A DNA stretch of 64,000 nt, from the IMG/VR virus record IMGVR_UViG_3300036713_000599; one strand, given 5' to 3'. Position 1 is the first letter of the stretch, and each line of letters starts with the position of its first letter. Below the pieces are notes generated by a model that worked only from the letters and a program-made list of their open reading frames with translations, searched no databases and was not told the DNA's origin. Of the stretch, positions 35,934 through 45,135 are shown piece by piece. The DNA comes from a virus (taxonomy: Duplodnaviria > Caudoviricetes). The position numbers were made by a program, and so were the translations under genes.

Positions 35934-36548
35934 ATGAGTAAAGACTCGGTCTGGCGTGACCCAATGTACTACAACCCTATGCGGGACGGGCCTCCTTACC
36001 TCCCGGTCACGGAGTCTCAGAGACACGAGATTCGTGAGTATATCAACAAGAGTGCTGCTTACTATGACGTCCCGAAGCCGAAAAGTCCGTATGATGTTCT
36101 ATCGAAGCTTCTGGTTGGTCTTAGATTCACTGCTATGGTCCACCAAACAGCGCATTGGCAAGCGAAAGGAAATTCCTTCTACGGAGACCATTTGTTATTC
36201 CAACGCCTATATGAAGAGAGCCAAGAGGGAATCGACGGCGTTGCAGAAAGACTGATTGGTTTGACAGGTGACGTTTCTAAGGTCTCCTTGTGTGACCAAA
36301 TTCGTGACATGCACACTATCGCCAAGGTGTGGCATGGGCACTGTGGGGACGACCTGGCTGCCGTTTCCTTGAGAGGCGAGATGGCATTGATCAAACTCAT
36401 CGCTTTTTTCAAAAAGTCTCTTCAAGACGAAGGGTCTTTGACGGAAGGGCTTGACGACCTTTTACAGGGGATCGCTAGCAAGCACGAAGAGTTCGTTTAC
36501 TTGTTGAAGCAGCGCAGCAGCAGGCCAGTCTACAACTATGGTCGGTAG
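35934..36548 (+). CDS. Dps/ferritin-like four-helix-bundle protein
   Basis: AHWQAKGNSFYGDHLLFQRLYEE..EGIDGVAERL matches the Dps HW..G..F...H..F..LY......D..AER signature; closing helix KHEEFVYLL. Confidence 0.8.
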   Translation: MSKDSVWRDPMYYNPMRDGPPYLPVTESQRHEIREYINKSAAYYDVPKPKSPYDVLSKLLVGLRFTAMVHQTAHWQAKGNSFYGDHLLFQRLYEESQEGIDGVAERLIGLTGDVSKVSLCDQIRDMHTIAKVWHGHCGDDLAAVSLRGEMALIKLIAFFKKSLQDEGSLTEGLDDLLQGIASKHEEFVYLLKQRSSRPVYNYGR

Positions 36549-36595
36549 AGTCCGTAGTTAGACTCAGACCCAGATTCAAATTAGACGAGGATGAG

Positions 36596-37636
36596 ATGAG
36601 TAGCAAGAAAAAAGAGCCTGAGCAGGCTTATAGGCCTGGCGTCGGTCTTGATATCGGCACCATGAACATCGTATCCGCTCGTCGGGAGACGGGCGACGAG
36701 ACGCGTGTTAAGAGGGTCCGGGACGCGTTTCTCGATCTTGACATGACCGCTAAGCGCAGTCTCAAGATGAGTCGTGTGGACTACATCGAGAAGGATGACC
36801 GGCTTATCGTCATCGGAGACAGCGTCCTGACAATGGCGAACCTTTTTAAGCGGGAGGCCCGTCGCCCTTTAAGCAAAGGCGTTATTTCGGCGGGTGAGAT
36901 CGACGCTCAAGAAATTCTCAGCATTCTCACACATTTCGTCCTGGAAGATCCTGTGCAACCAGGGGAACATTGTTTTTACTCGGTCCCCTCTTCTCCGATC
37001 AACGACCAGAGTCAGGACATTCTTTACCATACGGAGGTTTTCCGACGTATTGTGGAGGAGCATGGCTACACGGCCCACCCGACGAATGAAGCTATGGCAA
37101 TCATCTACAGTCAGGCAGCTGAGGATATGTTTAGTGGGCTGGCTGTGAGCTTCGGTGCGGGTATGTGCAACGTCGCTTTGAGTTACCAAGCAACACAAGC
37201 CATGGATTTCTCGGTGAGCGACGGCGGGGGTGGGGATTGGATAGACGCTCAATCCGCTCGGGCTGTGGGTAGAACAGCTGCCCAGATGTGCGCTATTAAG
37301 GAGAAGGGCTTGGATCTATCTAAGCCGAAGAATCGTGAGCAGGAAGCCATTGTCTTGTACACGAAAGCCCTCATCGACCATTGTTTGAAGAATATTGCAG
37401 CCCAGTTCGAGAAGAGGCGTGGAGAGGTCGAGCTGTTGGAGCCCATTCCCTTCATCGTTTCGGGGGGTACCTCCAAGGCACACGGGTTTATGGATGTGTT
37501 CAAGCAGCAGTTTGCCAAGATTCAGAAAGCGGGCTTCCCAATCGACATTTCGGATGTTCGACCGGCGGTCAATCCTCTAACGGCTGTCGCAGAAGGACTT
37601 CTCGTGTTAGCCTCCGAGGAGCACGAGGAAGAATAA
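36596..37636 (+). CDS. Actin-like ATPase (MreB/MamK/ParM superfamily)
   Basis: Phosphate-1 GLDIGTMNI, RRPLSKGVI (cf. MreB RPL..GVI), connect-1 TNEAMA, phosphate-2 SFGAGMCNV, adenosine IVSGGTS, connect-2 PLTAVAEG; GAGGA RBS. Confidence 0.85.
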   Translation: MSSKKKEPEQAYRPGVGLDIGTMNIVSARRETGDETRVKRVRDAFLDLDMTAKRSLKMSRVDYIEKDDRLIVIGDSVLTMANLFKREARRPLSKGVISAGEIDAQEILSILTHFVLEDPVQPGEHCFYSVPSSPINDQSQDILYHTEVFRRIVEEHGYTAHPTNEAMAIIYSQAAEDMFSGLAVSFGAGMCNVALSYQATQAMDFSVSDGGGGDWIDAQSARAVGRTAAQMCAIKEKGLDLSKPKNREQEAIVLYTKALIDHCLKNIAAQFEKRRGEVELLEPIPFIVSGGTSKAHGFMDVFKQQFAKIQKAGFPIDISDVRPAVNPLTAVAEGLLVLASEEHEEE

Positions 37637-37637
37637 C

Positions 37638-38810
37638 GTGTTTTATTATCTGATCGGGGCCCTCAAAAATCGCCTCATTTTGGAGCTACAGGATAGTTTT
37701 AGTAAACATCCTGTTTTCCGTAAGATAAGTCCTTACATACAGAATAAGTTTTCGTTTGAAAAACGGCCTCAGTTTGGGATCGTGGTCAAAGGGTCCAATG
37801 CCAACAAGATTCAACTGTCGGCGGACAATTACGTGGGCACTATCAGCAGCCATGTCATGTTGGCGTACGTAGGGGCCCCTGTACACCCTCTGGAGTGGGT
37901 CCGTGAGGATCTTAGAGCTGTTCAAGAGAACGGTATGCAGACACTCCCTGGCGTGTACTTTGTCGAGATCTTGTCGGCTCCTACGAATGCGGGTGAGTTG
38001 GGCTACTTTGCGATTGATCCTTTACTCACTCAGTCGGACGAAGCTGTTCTACAATTTCAGAGTGGTGTTGAGAGGGAGGCACAGCTCCAGCAAATACCTG
38101 TTCGGGAGACGCTCCGTTTGTGGCTTGATCGGAAGTTTCCTCTCATAGAGGGTCGTGACTACTCCGTGGATTATGGCAGTGGGGCCATTGCCTTTTTAGG
38201 TACCTTTGCGGCTAATTCGGTCGTGACGGCGGATTATAGGTACGCGGCTAGTTCGATCGGCCCTGTGCCTTACAGGTGGAACTCAGCGGATCATACAACC
38301 CTTCCGGGGGTTGTGATGGCTTTCGGGAAGCGGTCTGAGGCGGGCCAGAAGGTGGCTGTGGTTGTTTACGGTGACCGCGTTAGTGTAGCCCAGGCATATG
38401 GCGGTAAGTTTGAGGCGAGCTTCGATCTAGATGTCATAGCTCGCGACTCTTACCAGATGGAAGAGATCGCGGACCTGCTCATCATGTACCTTTGGGGTGA
38501 AAAACGGTCCAAGTTGGCCTTTGAGGGTATCGAGATAGTGGATGTCTCTATGGGTGGTGAGTCGGAGGAGATCTATGACGAGACCGCGGACGACTCGTAT
38601 TACCAGGCATCTATGTCTGTGCAATTACAGGCGGACTGGGAGATCCATATCCCGATACCATTGACTCTGTCTAGAGTTACGCCTGTGACTGCTGAGGGCG
38701 ACGAGGACCCGACAGCCCTTTCTGGGATCCATCAGGTGGTGGATGACTTGTTTTTTGCGACACATGCTGTTTTGATTGACCGAAACAGTGACTACGAAAA
38801 GATTACCTAG
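37638..38810 (+). CDS. Putative tail terminator / sheath stabiliser
   Basis: FEASFDLDVIARDSYQMEEIADLLIMYL...YQASMSVQLQADW fits the terminator fold; lies just upstream of the sheath. Confidence 0.55.
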   Translation: MFYYLIGALKNRLILELQDSFSKHPVFRKISPYIQNKFSFEKRPQFGIVVKGSNANKIQLSADNYVGTISSHVMLAYVGAPVHPLEWVREDLRAVQENGMQTLPGVYFVEILSAPTNAGELGYFAIDPLLTQSDEAVLQFQSGVEREAQLQQIPVRETLRLWLDRKFPLIEGRDYSVDYGSGAIAFLGTFAANSVVTADYRYAASSIGPVPYRWNSADHTTLPGVVMAFGKRSEAGQKVAVVVYGDRVSVAQAYGGKFEASFDLDVIARDSYQMEEIADLLIMYLWGEKRSKLAFEGIEIVDVSMGGESEEIYDETADDSYYQASMSVQLQADWEIHIPIPLTLSRVTPVTAEGDEDPTALSGIHQVVDDLFFATHAVLIDRNSDYEKIT

Positions 38811-38835
38811 ATTTGGATGAAGATAAGGATAAGCG

Positions 38836-39249
38836 ATGCCCCAATACACTTTCGACTGTAGGTGTGGTTTACAGTTTACTCGCACTCTCAAGGCAGAGAA
38901 TCACGAATCCTGTGTCTGTCCTGACTGTGGTGAGGACGCCCCTCGCCAGTTAATTGGGCAAAGTTTTGGTTTCGGCTTCTCTCCAGGAAGTACTCCCGGC
39001 AATAGTGGGGTCACGAAACATGACTCCCCTACGGCTGATCAGGTGGTAGGACGCTCGGCCGAAGTCAGGTGGAGGGAATACGAGGAACGAGAGACGGTCA
39101 AAGACAAAGTCCGTGAAATTGGAGGTACCCGAGCTCTCCGCCGTAGAACTTACAGGGATGCTATTGAGTACGAGGAAGGTGGGGATGCTATTGAGAGACG
39201 AAAGAAAATTGTGAACAGAATACGTCAGTTTGAGCGGTCAGATGACTGA
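38836..39249 (+). CDS. FmdB-family zinc-ribbon protein
   Basis: MPQYTFDCRCGLQF...CVCPDCG. Confidence 0.75.
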   Translation: MPQYTFDCRCGLQFTRTLKAENHESCVCPDCGEDAPRQLIGQSFGFGFSPGSTPGNSGVTKHDSPTADQVVGRSAEVRWREYEERETVKDKVREIGGTRALRRRTYRDAIEYEEGGDAIERRKKIVNRIRQFERSDD

Positions 39250-39375
39250 TGTGTTGATAATGCTTTCGTTCGCAGGGTGAGGGTAGAGGCTGAGCCTCAA
39301 GATAAAAAACCAGACCCAAATCCAAAGCCCTATAACCAAATCTAAAAAGAAGAACACTTCGTGAAGGAGGCCACC

Positions 39376-42300
39376 GTGGCTCTTGGACCGTTCACCACAT
39401 ACGTTCCCCCTGGGGTTTATACCCGCACCCTTACTGAAGCCAATGCTGCCAACTTGGTTGCAGGGCTAAGGATTCCTGTCATCATTGGCGTGGGCCAGGA
39501 AGAGCTGGAGCAACCGGACCTAGAGTTAGTTCGGGGCTCCTCTGCGACCTTGGATCAACAGATCGTCAGTGAGGATGTTTCACAGCGATTTGTGGTCGAT
39601 GAGACGAACCCTAGTAGTCCGGTTCTCGGAGCGGTTGACGGTACCGTTTCCAAGTTCCGTGTACGCAACTTTCCCGTTGTCACCGGTGAGGGGCTCGGAC
39701 GCGCAGCCAACAGCCCTCGTCACGTTAGCGTGACCGTGGACGGCAATCAAGTGGCCGTCGGGAGCGTCCAAGGTACTGACGGGTATGTTACCCTTCAGGT
39801 CCCTCCCCAAGCAGGCGCGGATGTCCGCTGTACGTACTTTTTCCACCGAAGTGACACTGCTTTCATCGACGATGTTTCTAGCCAGGTAACGACGGAACAG
39901 GCTGTTCTGACTGCTCCAGCTACGGCTACGTACACTGTCACTCTTGGCACTACAGATTCCTTCAAGTTTACCATTGATGGTGGCTTTGAGACGACAATTG
40001 TTTTTACGGCAGGATCCTACACCGCTGCAGGCATCAAGGCTCTTGTTGACGCTGCAAGCGTCACTGGCTTGTCTACGTCTGTCTACACGGATGAACGGGG
40101 CGGAGAACATGTCCGGTTTACCGCGGCACAGAGTATCGTTATTGGGGACGGCGGCGCTAACGGGGTCCTAGGTTTTGCGGCAGGAACGCAGACGACCCGT
40201 AACGCCGCGTTCCGGGTCTTCCAGCGTCCGATTGTGGACGGCACAGACGGAGGCATCACCACTACGGACACGTCCAAGGTTGTGGTCCTCGTCAATGGTT
40301 CTCAGGTTATTCCTGCAGAAGTGGACGGAACCAACGGACTCGTTACCCTTTCTCAGCCGCCTGCAAGTGGGTCCACGGTGTCGATCCAATACTGGGCGAA
40401 CACCTGGCAGGACACGTTTGACTACTTGCCAAATACGCTGGTTACCGATGTGATCCGGTGCGGCTTCTCAGCGGGCCGTAACGATTACATCGAGGAGCAG
40501 GACTTTGTTATCTCGAACCCAAGTGCAGATGTTTCGATCATCCATTGGGGTGCGAGCTATGTTGTCGCTTCAACGAGCCGCACAGCAGGGTCCACAGTCT
40601 TTGACGACACTCAGATTATCCCGACACTTGTGGATGATAAGCTGTATAATGCTGAATGTGCTCGGGTGTCCGACACCACAGTAGTTCCTGCAACACAGAG
40701 CCCCAACCAGTTCCTCCTCCCTGAGGTCCCGACTCTGGGTAACGGTCGCGACACCCCTCTGGGCTCGTCTGTGTACAATGCGGTCAGTAATAGCCGTATT
40801 GGCCTAAACACCAATCGACCTGACCTCATTACTGTTTATACCGGTCGTGACCTCCGAGACGCTCTTGGGCGTAACCCTGTGACCGTAACGCAAGTTGACG
40901 CTGTGACCCGCACTATCACTCTGAAGGACGCGGTTCCGCCGGATCACAATGCTTACGCGACCTTCTGGTATTCCCGGCTTTCTGATGACACCTACGTTTT
41001 CACTAATAAGGTGGCTGGTGCTGTCAATGTCGGTCAGTACGAGGTGTATTCTACCTCGACAGCATCAAACCTGTACCACTGCCAGTTTGGGACCAAGACC
41101 GGTCTACCAGAGACGGTGCAGTGGCCACGAGGTGTGGAGAATATCCCTGACGCGTTCCACACAGGTGCTGGCACTCCTGTGGCTGAGATTGTCACAGTCA
41201 CCTTCTCGTCAGAGGGTGCTAAGAATGCTGTGTACACGAATGAGGGTGCGGCTCCGTACAGTATGTTTGCCGGCGCTTCGGACTTCTGGCGTTCAACCCT
41301 CAATGGTTCGTCCTATGTGACAGACCTCGATACTGCTGTTCTAGGGTACCTGGCCGGTAGTCGCGTTTCTGTGAGTGCTCTTGATCAAATCACAATCACC
41401 ACAGGTACGAATGATGAGTTTAATGTCACGGTGGACGGAACGGACACAGACGTCACCCTCCCCGCTGGTGACTTGACTCCTGCTCAGATCGTAAGTGCCG
41501 TCAACATCGCCGCTGGTGGTGCTGTGGCTTCGACAGGAACTCTTACCCTCACGGGTCAGCCTCTCGACACGGAGACTGTTGAGATTGGTGGTAAAACGTA
41601 CACCTTCCAGACGGTTTTAACTGATGTTGACGGAAACGTCTTGATCGGAGCGACTGCAAGTGACTCCCTCGATAACTTGATCGCAGCGATCAACCTCGAT
41701 GCGGGTGCTGGGACTCTGTACGCCACTTCGATGACCCTGCACCCAACTGTTACGGCGGCGGCTGGCGCGGGCGACACGATGGATGTTACCGCGAAGGCGG
41801 CAGGTGTAGCTGGTGACAGCATCACGACCACACAAACTCTCACTAACGGCACTTGGGGTGGAGCAACCCTTTCCGGCGGTGTTGATGGGACTACGGTCGC
41901 AGCCTACTACCAAATTGGTGGCTCAGGCGGTGACGTTTTCTTCGTTCTTCAGAGCGCTTCGACCCCGGCCGCACTTCCGGCCGGCTTCGACCATGCGTCG
42001 GAAGTCTCGATTCGCCAGGGCACGGCGGAATCAACCCTCGGCTTCTCCGCTTTCCAAAGTGCGAGCGGTACTCCGACTGCTACCACAAAGCCTGCAACCC
42101 TTCTCGGTACTGAGGCAGGCCCCTTTGTTATCACAGCTGGTGTGGACGACCAATTGGATATCAGGGTGGACGGTGTTGACTACCAGATTACACTAACAGC
42201 TGGTGCTGCAGTCGCATCCTCCACAATTGTGAGTGATATCAACACAGTGGTTGCAGGTGTAGCTTCTGTCGGCACTTTGGCCAACCTTGACCAGGTTCGT

Positions 42301-43983
42301 CTCACGTCCACAACCTTTGACGCGGGTTCGAGTGTGGAGATTCTTTCTTCCTCCACTGCCCTGACGGTCCTTGGGTTCACCTCAGGTGACAGGGCAAGTT
42401 GGGCCCAAGTGACGGCACAAGAGGTTGTTAATGGCCTCATGGCTACCGCAAGTTTTACCAGTGACGCTGTTGCGTACGTGAGTCAGATCGAAGGTCAGGA
42501 CTACATTACTATTGAGTCTCTGGCTACTGGCGCTACGACGTCCAGCATTGTCTTCGCTGCAGGCACCACAAGTGCCTTCATCGATGGTGCGGGGACTGGT
42601 ATCGTACCTGGGACGAGCGGGGACAACGGTGAGAACGCTCGCGACATCTTTACCGTATCTTCCTCGAATGCAAGCGGTTCAGCAGGTACCGGTGCTCCGG
42701 GGCAGACGTACACAGACGACGTTACGGGCCTTCGGTTCACTGTCTTGGAGTCGGCCACCGGTAGTTATACGGCAACCGGTAGCTTCACCATGACAGTGTC
42801 GCCCACTTTTAAGGTCAATCCAGCCATCCCGTGGCTTTCGATCGGCGGCCTTGAGGTTGTGGTTACTGACACTGTGGGTGTGGGTGTGGACGACACTGCG
42901 ACTGTCCAGACATTCGATCCGAGCGGCCTTGAGCCAGCGATAGGTGATTTCTACTACATTACCTATAACTTCATGAAGCAAGATTATTCGACGAGACTGT
43001 ATCAGCAGTTCAAGACTGTCGAAGCAAACTTCGGCCCTCTTTCGGCTGAGAATAGAGTCACTCTTGCGTCCTACCTGGCGATTCAAAATGGCGCAGTCCT
43101 CGTAGGTATCAAGCAAGTCTTGAAGGTGGCCAACACCAACCAGGCGTCGGCTCAGAGTTTCAATGCTGCCATCTCTGATCTGGCAACACCTCTGCCTGGC
43201 AATATCCGGCCTAATGTCCTACTTCCTCTGTCGACCGACACTTCGGTATATAGCTTCCTGATGCAACACTGCGAAACGCAGTCAAATATCCGGAACCAGT
43301 CAGAGCGTACAGGCATTATCGGATTCGCGTCGGGTACTTCTCCCACTAATGCTCAGACTATCGCCAAGAGCCTGCTAAGCAATCGTATCTCGGCTGTCTA
43401 CCCTGACTCGGCTGTCGTCACCCTGACTAATGAGTTGGGTGAGAACTTCGAGGTCCTGGTGGACGGTACCTTCCTCGCAGCTGCGGTGGGCGGTGCTGTG
43501 GTCAGCCCTGCGGTGGACGTAGCGACGCCCTGGACACGTAGGCTGGTACAGGGCTTCACGAGACTGCCTCGCATTCTTGACCCCATTGCGTCCAACCAAA
43601 CGGCGGTGGCAGGCATCACCCTCTTGGAGGACCTCGATCCGATCATTCGTATTCGACAAGGTCTCACAACCGATATGTCGAACGTCCTGACCCGGTTACC
43701 CACGGTTACGCAAATCGCTGACTACGTGCAGCAGCAGAGCCGTACGGTTCTTGACTCCTTCGTTGGGACCAAGTTCTTAAGCAGCAGGACTAACGAGGTG
43801 GAAGTCTCGATGACTGCATTGTTTAGGCAGCTTGTCCAGGCGGAGATTGTCGGAGCCTTCACGGGAATTGCGGGAGAAGTTAGCGTGGATGATCCAACTG
43901 TGATGAGGGTGGAGTCATACTATCAGCCGATATTCCCCCTTCTCTATATTCTCCTGACTTTCAACTTGAGGGCTAGGATCTAG
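39376..43983 (+). CDS. Contractile tail sheath protein, greatly enlarged (~1535 aa)
   Basis: AGGAGG RBS then GTG 39376; N-terminal YVPPGVYT and C-terminal sheath domain (ERTGIIG, SAVYPDS, FLAAAVGG, RQGLTTD, VESYYQPIFPLLYILLTF). Confidence 0.9.
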   Translation: MALGPFTTYVPPGVYTRTLTEANAANLVAGLRIPVIIGVGQEELEQPDLELVRGSSATLDQQIVSEDVSQRFVVDETNPSSPVLGAVDGTVSKFRVRNFPVVTGEGLGRAANSPRHVSVTVDGNQVAVGSVQGTDGYVTLQVPPQAGADVRCTYFFHRSDTAFIDDVSSQVTTEQAVLTAPATATYTVTLGTTDSFKFTIDGGFETTIVFTAGSYTAAGIKALVDAASVTGLSTSVYTDERGGEHVRFTAAQSIVIGDGGANGVLGFAAGTQTTRNAAFRVFQRPIVDGTDGGITTTDTSKVVVLVNGSQVIPAEVDGTNGLVTLSQPPASGSTVSIQYWANTWQDTFDYLPNTLVTDVIRCGFSAGRNDYIEEQDFVISNPSADVSIIHWGASYVVASTSRTAGSTVFDDTQIIPTLVDDKLYNAECARVSDTTVVPATQSPNQFLLPEVPTLGNGRDTPLGSSVYNAVSNSRIGLNTNRPDLITVYTGRDLRDALGRNPVTVTQVDAVTRTITLKDAVPPDHNAYATFWYSRLSDDTYVFTNKVAGAVNVGQYEVYSTSTASNLYHCQFGTKTGLPETVQWPRGVENIPDAFHTGAGTPVAEIVTVTFSSEGAKNAVYTNEGAAPYSMFAGASDFWRSTLNGSSYVTDLDTAVLGYLAGSRVSVSALDQITITTGTNDEFNVTVDGTDTDVTLPAGDLTPAQIVSAVNIAAGGAVASTGTLTLTGQPLDTETVEIGGKTYTFQTVLTDVDGNVLIGATASDSLDNLIAAINLDAGAGTLYATSMTLHPTVTAAAGAGDTMDVTAKAAGVAGDSITTTQTLTNGTWGGATLSGGVDGTTVAAYYQIGGSGGDVFFVLQSASTPAALPAGFDHASEVSIRQGTAESTLGFSAFQSASGTPTATTKPATLLGTEAGPFVITAGVDDQLDIRVDGVDYQITLTAGAAVASSTIVSDINTVVAGVASVGTLANLDQVRLTSTTFDAGSSVEILSSSTALTVLGFTSGDRASWAQVTAQEVVNGLMATASFTSDAVAYVSQIEGQDYITIESLATGATTSSIVFAAGTTSAFIDGAGTGIVPGTSGDNGENARDIFTVSSSNASGSAGTGAPGQTYTDDVTGLRFTVLESATGSYTATGSFTMTVSPTFKVNPAIPWLSIGGLEVVVTDTVGVGVDDTATVQTFDPSGLEPAIGDFYYITYNFMKQDYSTRLYQQFKTVEANFGPLSAENRVTLASYLAIQNGAVLVGIKQVLKVANTNQASAQSFNAAISDLATPLPGNIRPNVLLPLSTDTSVYSFLMQHCETQSNIRNQSERTGIIGFASGTSPTNAQTIAKSLLSNRISAVYPDSAVVTLTNELGENFEVLVDGTFLAAAVGGAVVSPAVDVATPWTRRLVQGFTRLPRILDPIASNQTAVAGITLLEDLDPIIRIRQGLTTDMSNVLTRLPTVTQIADYVQQQSRTVLDSFVGTKFLSSRTNEVEVSMTALFRQLVQAEIVGAFTGIAGEVSVDDPTVMRVESYYQPIFPLLYILLTFNLRARI
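41533..41880 (+). repeat. Dispersed 348-bp repeat, copy B (inside the sheath gene)
   Basis: Colinear copy of 11241-11588; see copy A. Confidence 0.95.
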
Positions 43984-44000
43984 GGGCCAGCATTTTCTAA

Positions 44001-44037
44001 ACTTAGCCCTCGGCAGGCTGGTAGTCGTGGGCTAAGT
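44001..44037 (+). terminator. Hairpin downstream of the sheath gene (terminator or processing site)
   Basis: ACTTAGCCC (44001-44009) pairs with GGGCTAAGT (44029-44037), with extra inner pairing; no clear U-tract. Confidence 0.4.
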
Positions 44038-44226
44038 CGGAAGCATACTGGAACTTCTCGTCTCCTGCCTCACCTGCGAACATCAAGCCCAGATCCTCGC
44101 AAGACATCTCAAGGCTGCTCGCAGCATCGAACGGCCGCCCTGCCTGGAGTGAGGCTTACTGGTCGTGTCCCCCTGTGTAATCTCCTTGTAAGCCTGGTAA
44201 ATCAGACGACCCAATGGAGGATGGTT

Positions 44227-44976
44227 GTGCCTAAATACACCCAAGGTTCACTTGAAGTAGATGAGCTGATCACCGTCGCGTCTCCGATCACAACGCGTAA
44301 ATTGCTCTGGCTCATGCCATCAGATAACAACGCCAAGTCGCGTATTTACGCGGCGAACAATGGGCGGCTCGAACTCGTACACGGTGCTTACTGGAACGGA
44401 TCTCAATGGAACTTTGACGACCCCGGTGTGTGGAATGCGCTGAGGTACTCAATGACCAACAACGGTGAGATCCAGTGCGAGGATTCGACTAACTCATCCG
44501 ACCCTGTCACATGGAGTGACCCGCGGGTCGCTGGCCGCAACTCTATGATCGACTGGCTTTATACTTCGGGAGGTAGCGCTGGATCATTCTTTGACACTCT
44601 GATAGCGACAACAACACCGACATACCTGCAAGACGGCGCTTCTGACATCGTACTGTACCCGCTGAATTTGCGGACAGGTGACATCGTCGAGGTGCAGGCT
44701 GGTTTTTATCTTGAGACGGAGTATGACTCCGGTGTGACAAGTATTCGAATATCTGTGTATTATGATACGACGGACCATTGGGTACCTGGGTCGCATATAT
44801 ATCTACGTGGGCCTAATGTAGACCAACACTTCGCGATCACGTTATACGGGCGTTATGTCATGCCTAGTAATCAAGGGACACCAGAGATCAAGATACAAGC
44901 GTTTAATACCGCAGCAGGTGGCAACACGGTGTTTCGTGGGGAGTATTACCTGTCGGCAAAGATTATAAGGCCGTAG
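44227..44976 (+). CDS. Hypothetical beta-rich protein (possible receptor/carbohydrate-binding tip domain)
   Basis: GGAGG at 44216-44220 fits GTG 44227; W/Y-rich, jelly-roll-like C-terminus. Confidence 0.55.
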   Translation: MPKYTQGSLEVDELITVASPITTRKLLWLMPSDNNAKSRIYAANNGRLELVHGAYWNGSQWNFDDPGVWNALRYSMTNNGEIQCEDSTNSSDPVTWSDPRVAGRNSMIDWLYTSGGSAGSFFDTLIATTTPTYLQDGASDIVLYPLNLRTGDIVEVQAGFYLETEYDSGVTSIRISVYYDTTDHWVPGSHIYLRGPNVDQHFAITLYGRYVMPSNQGTPEIKIQAFNTAAGGNTVFRGEYYLSAKIIRP

Positions 44977-45135
44977 CGCCTGATGTGCGTAGACAAACGG
45001 ACGTACTTCGATAACTTTGAGCAAGTTTGTAGGAACAGTACGGTGAAGCTCGAACTGTAATCCCCTTGTGGACTCATTAGCGTGTGGTCCACCTCTATGT
45101 CCGGCCTGTCCGGTGTATGACCTGGAAACGATAAA

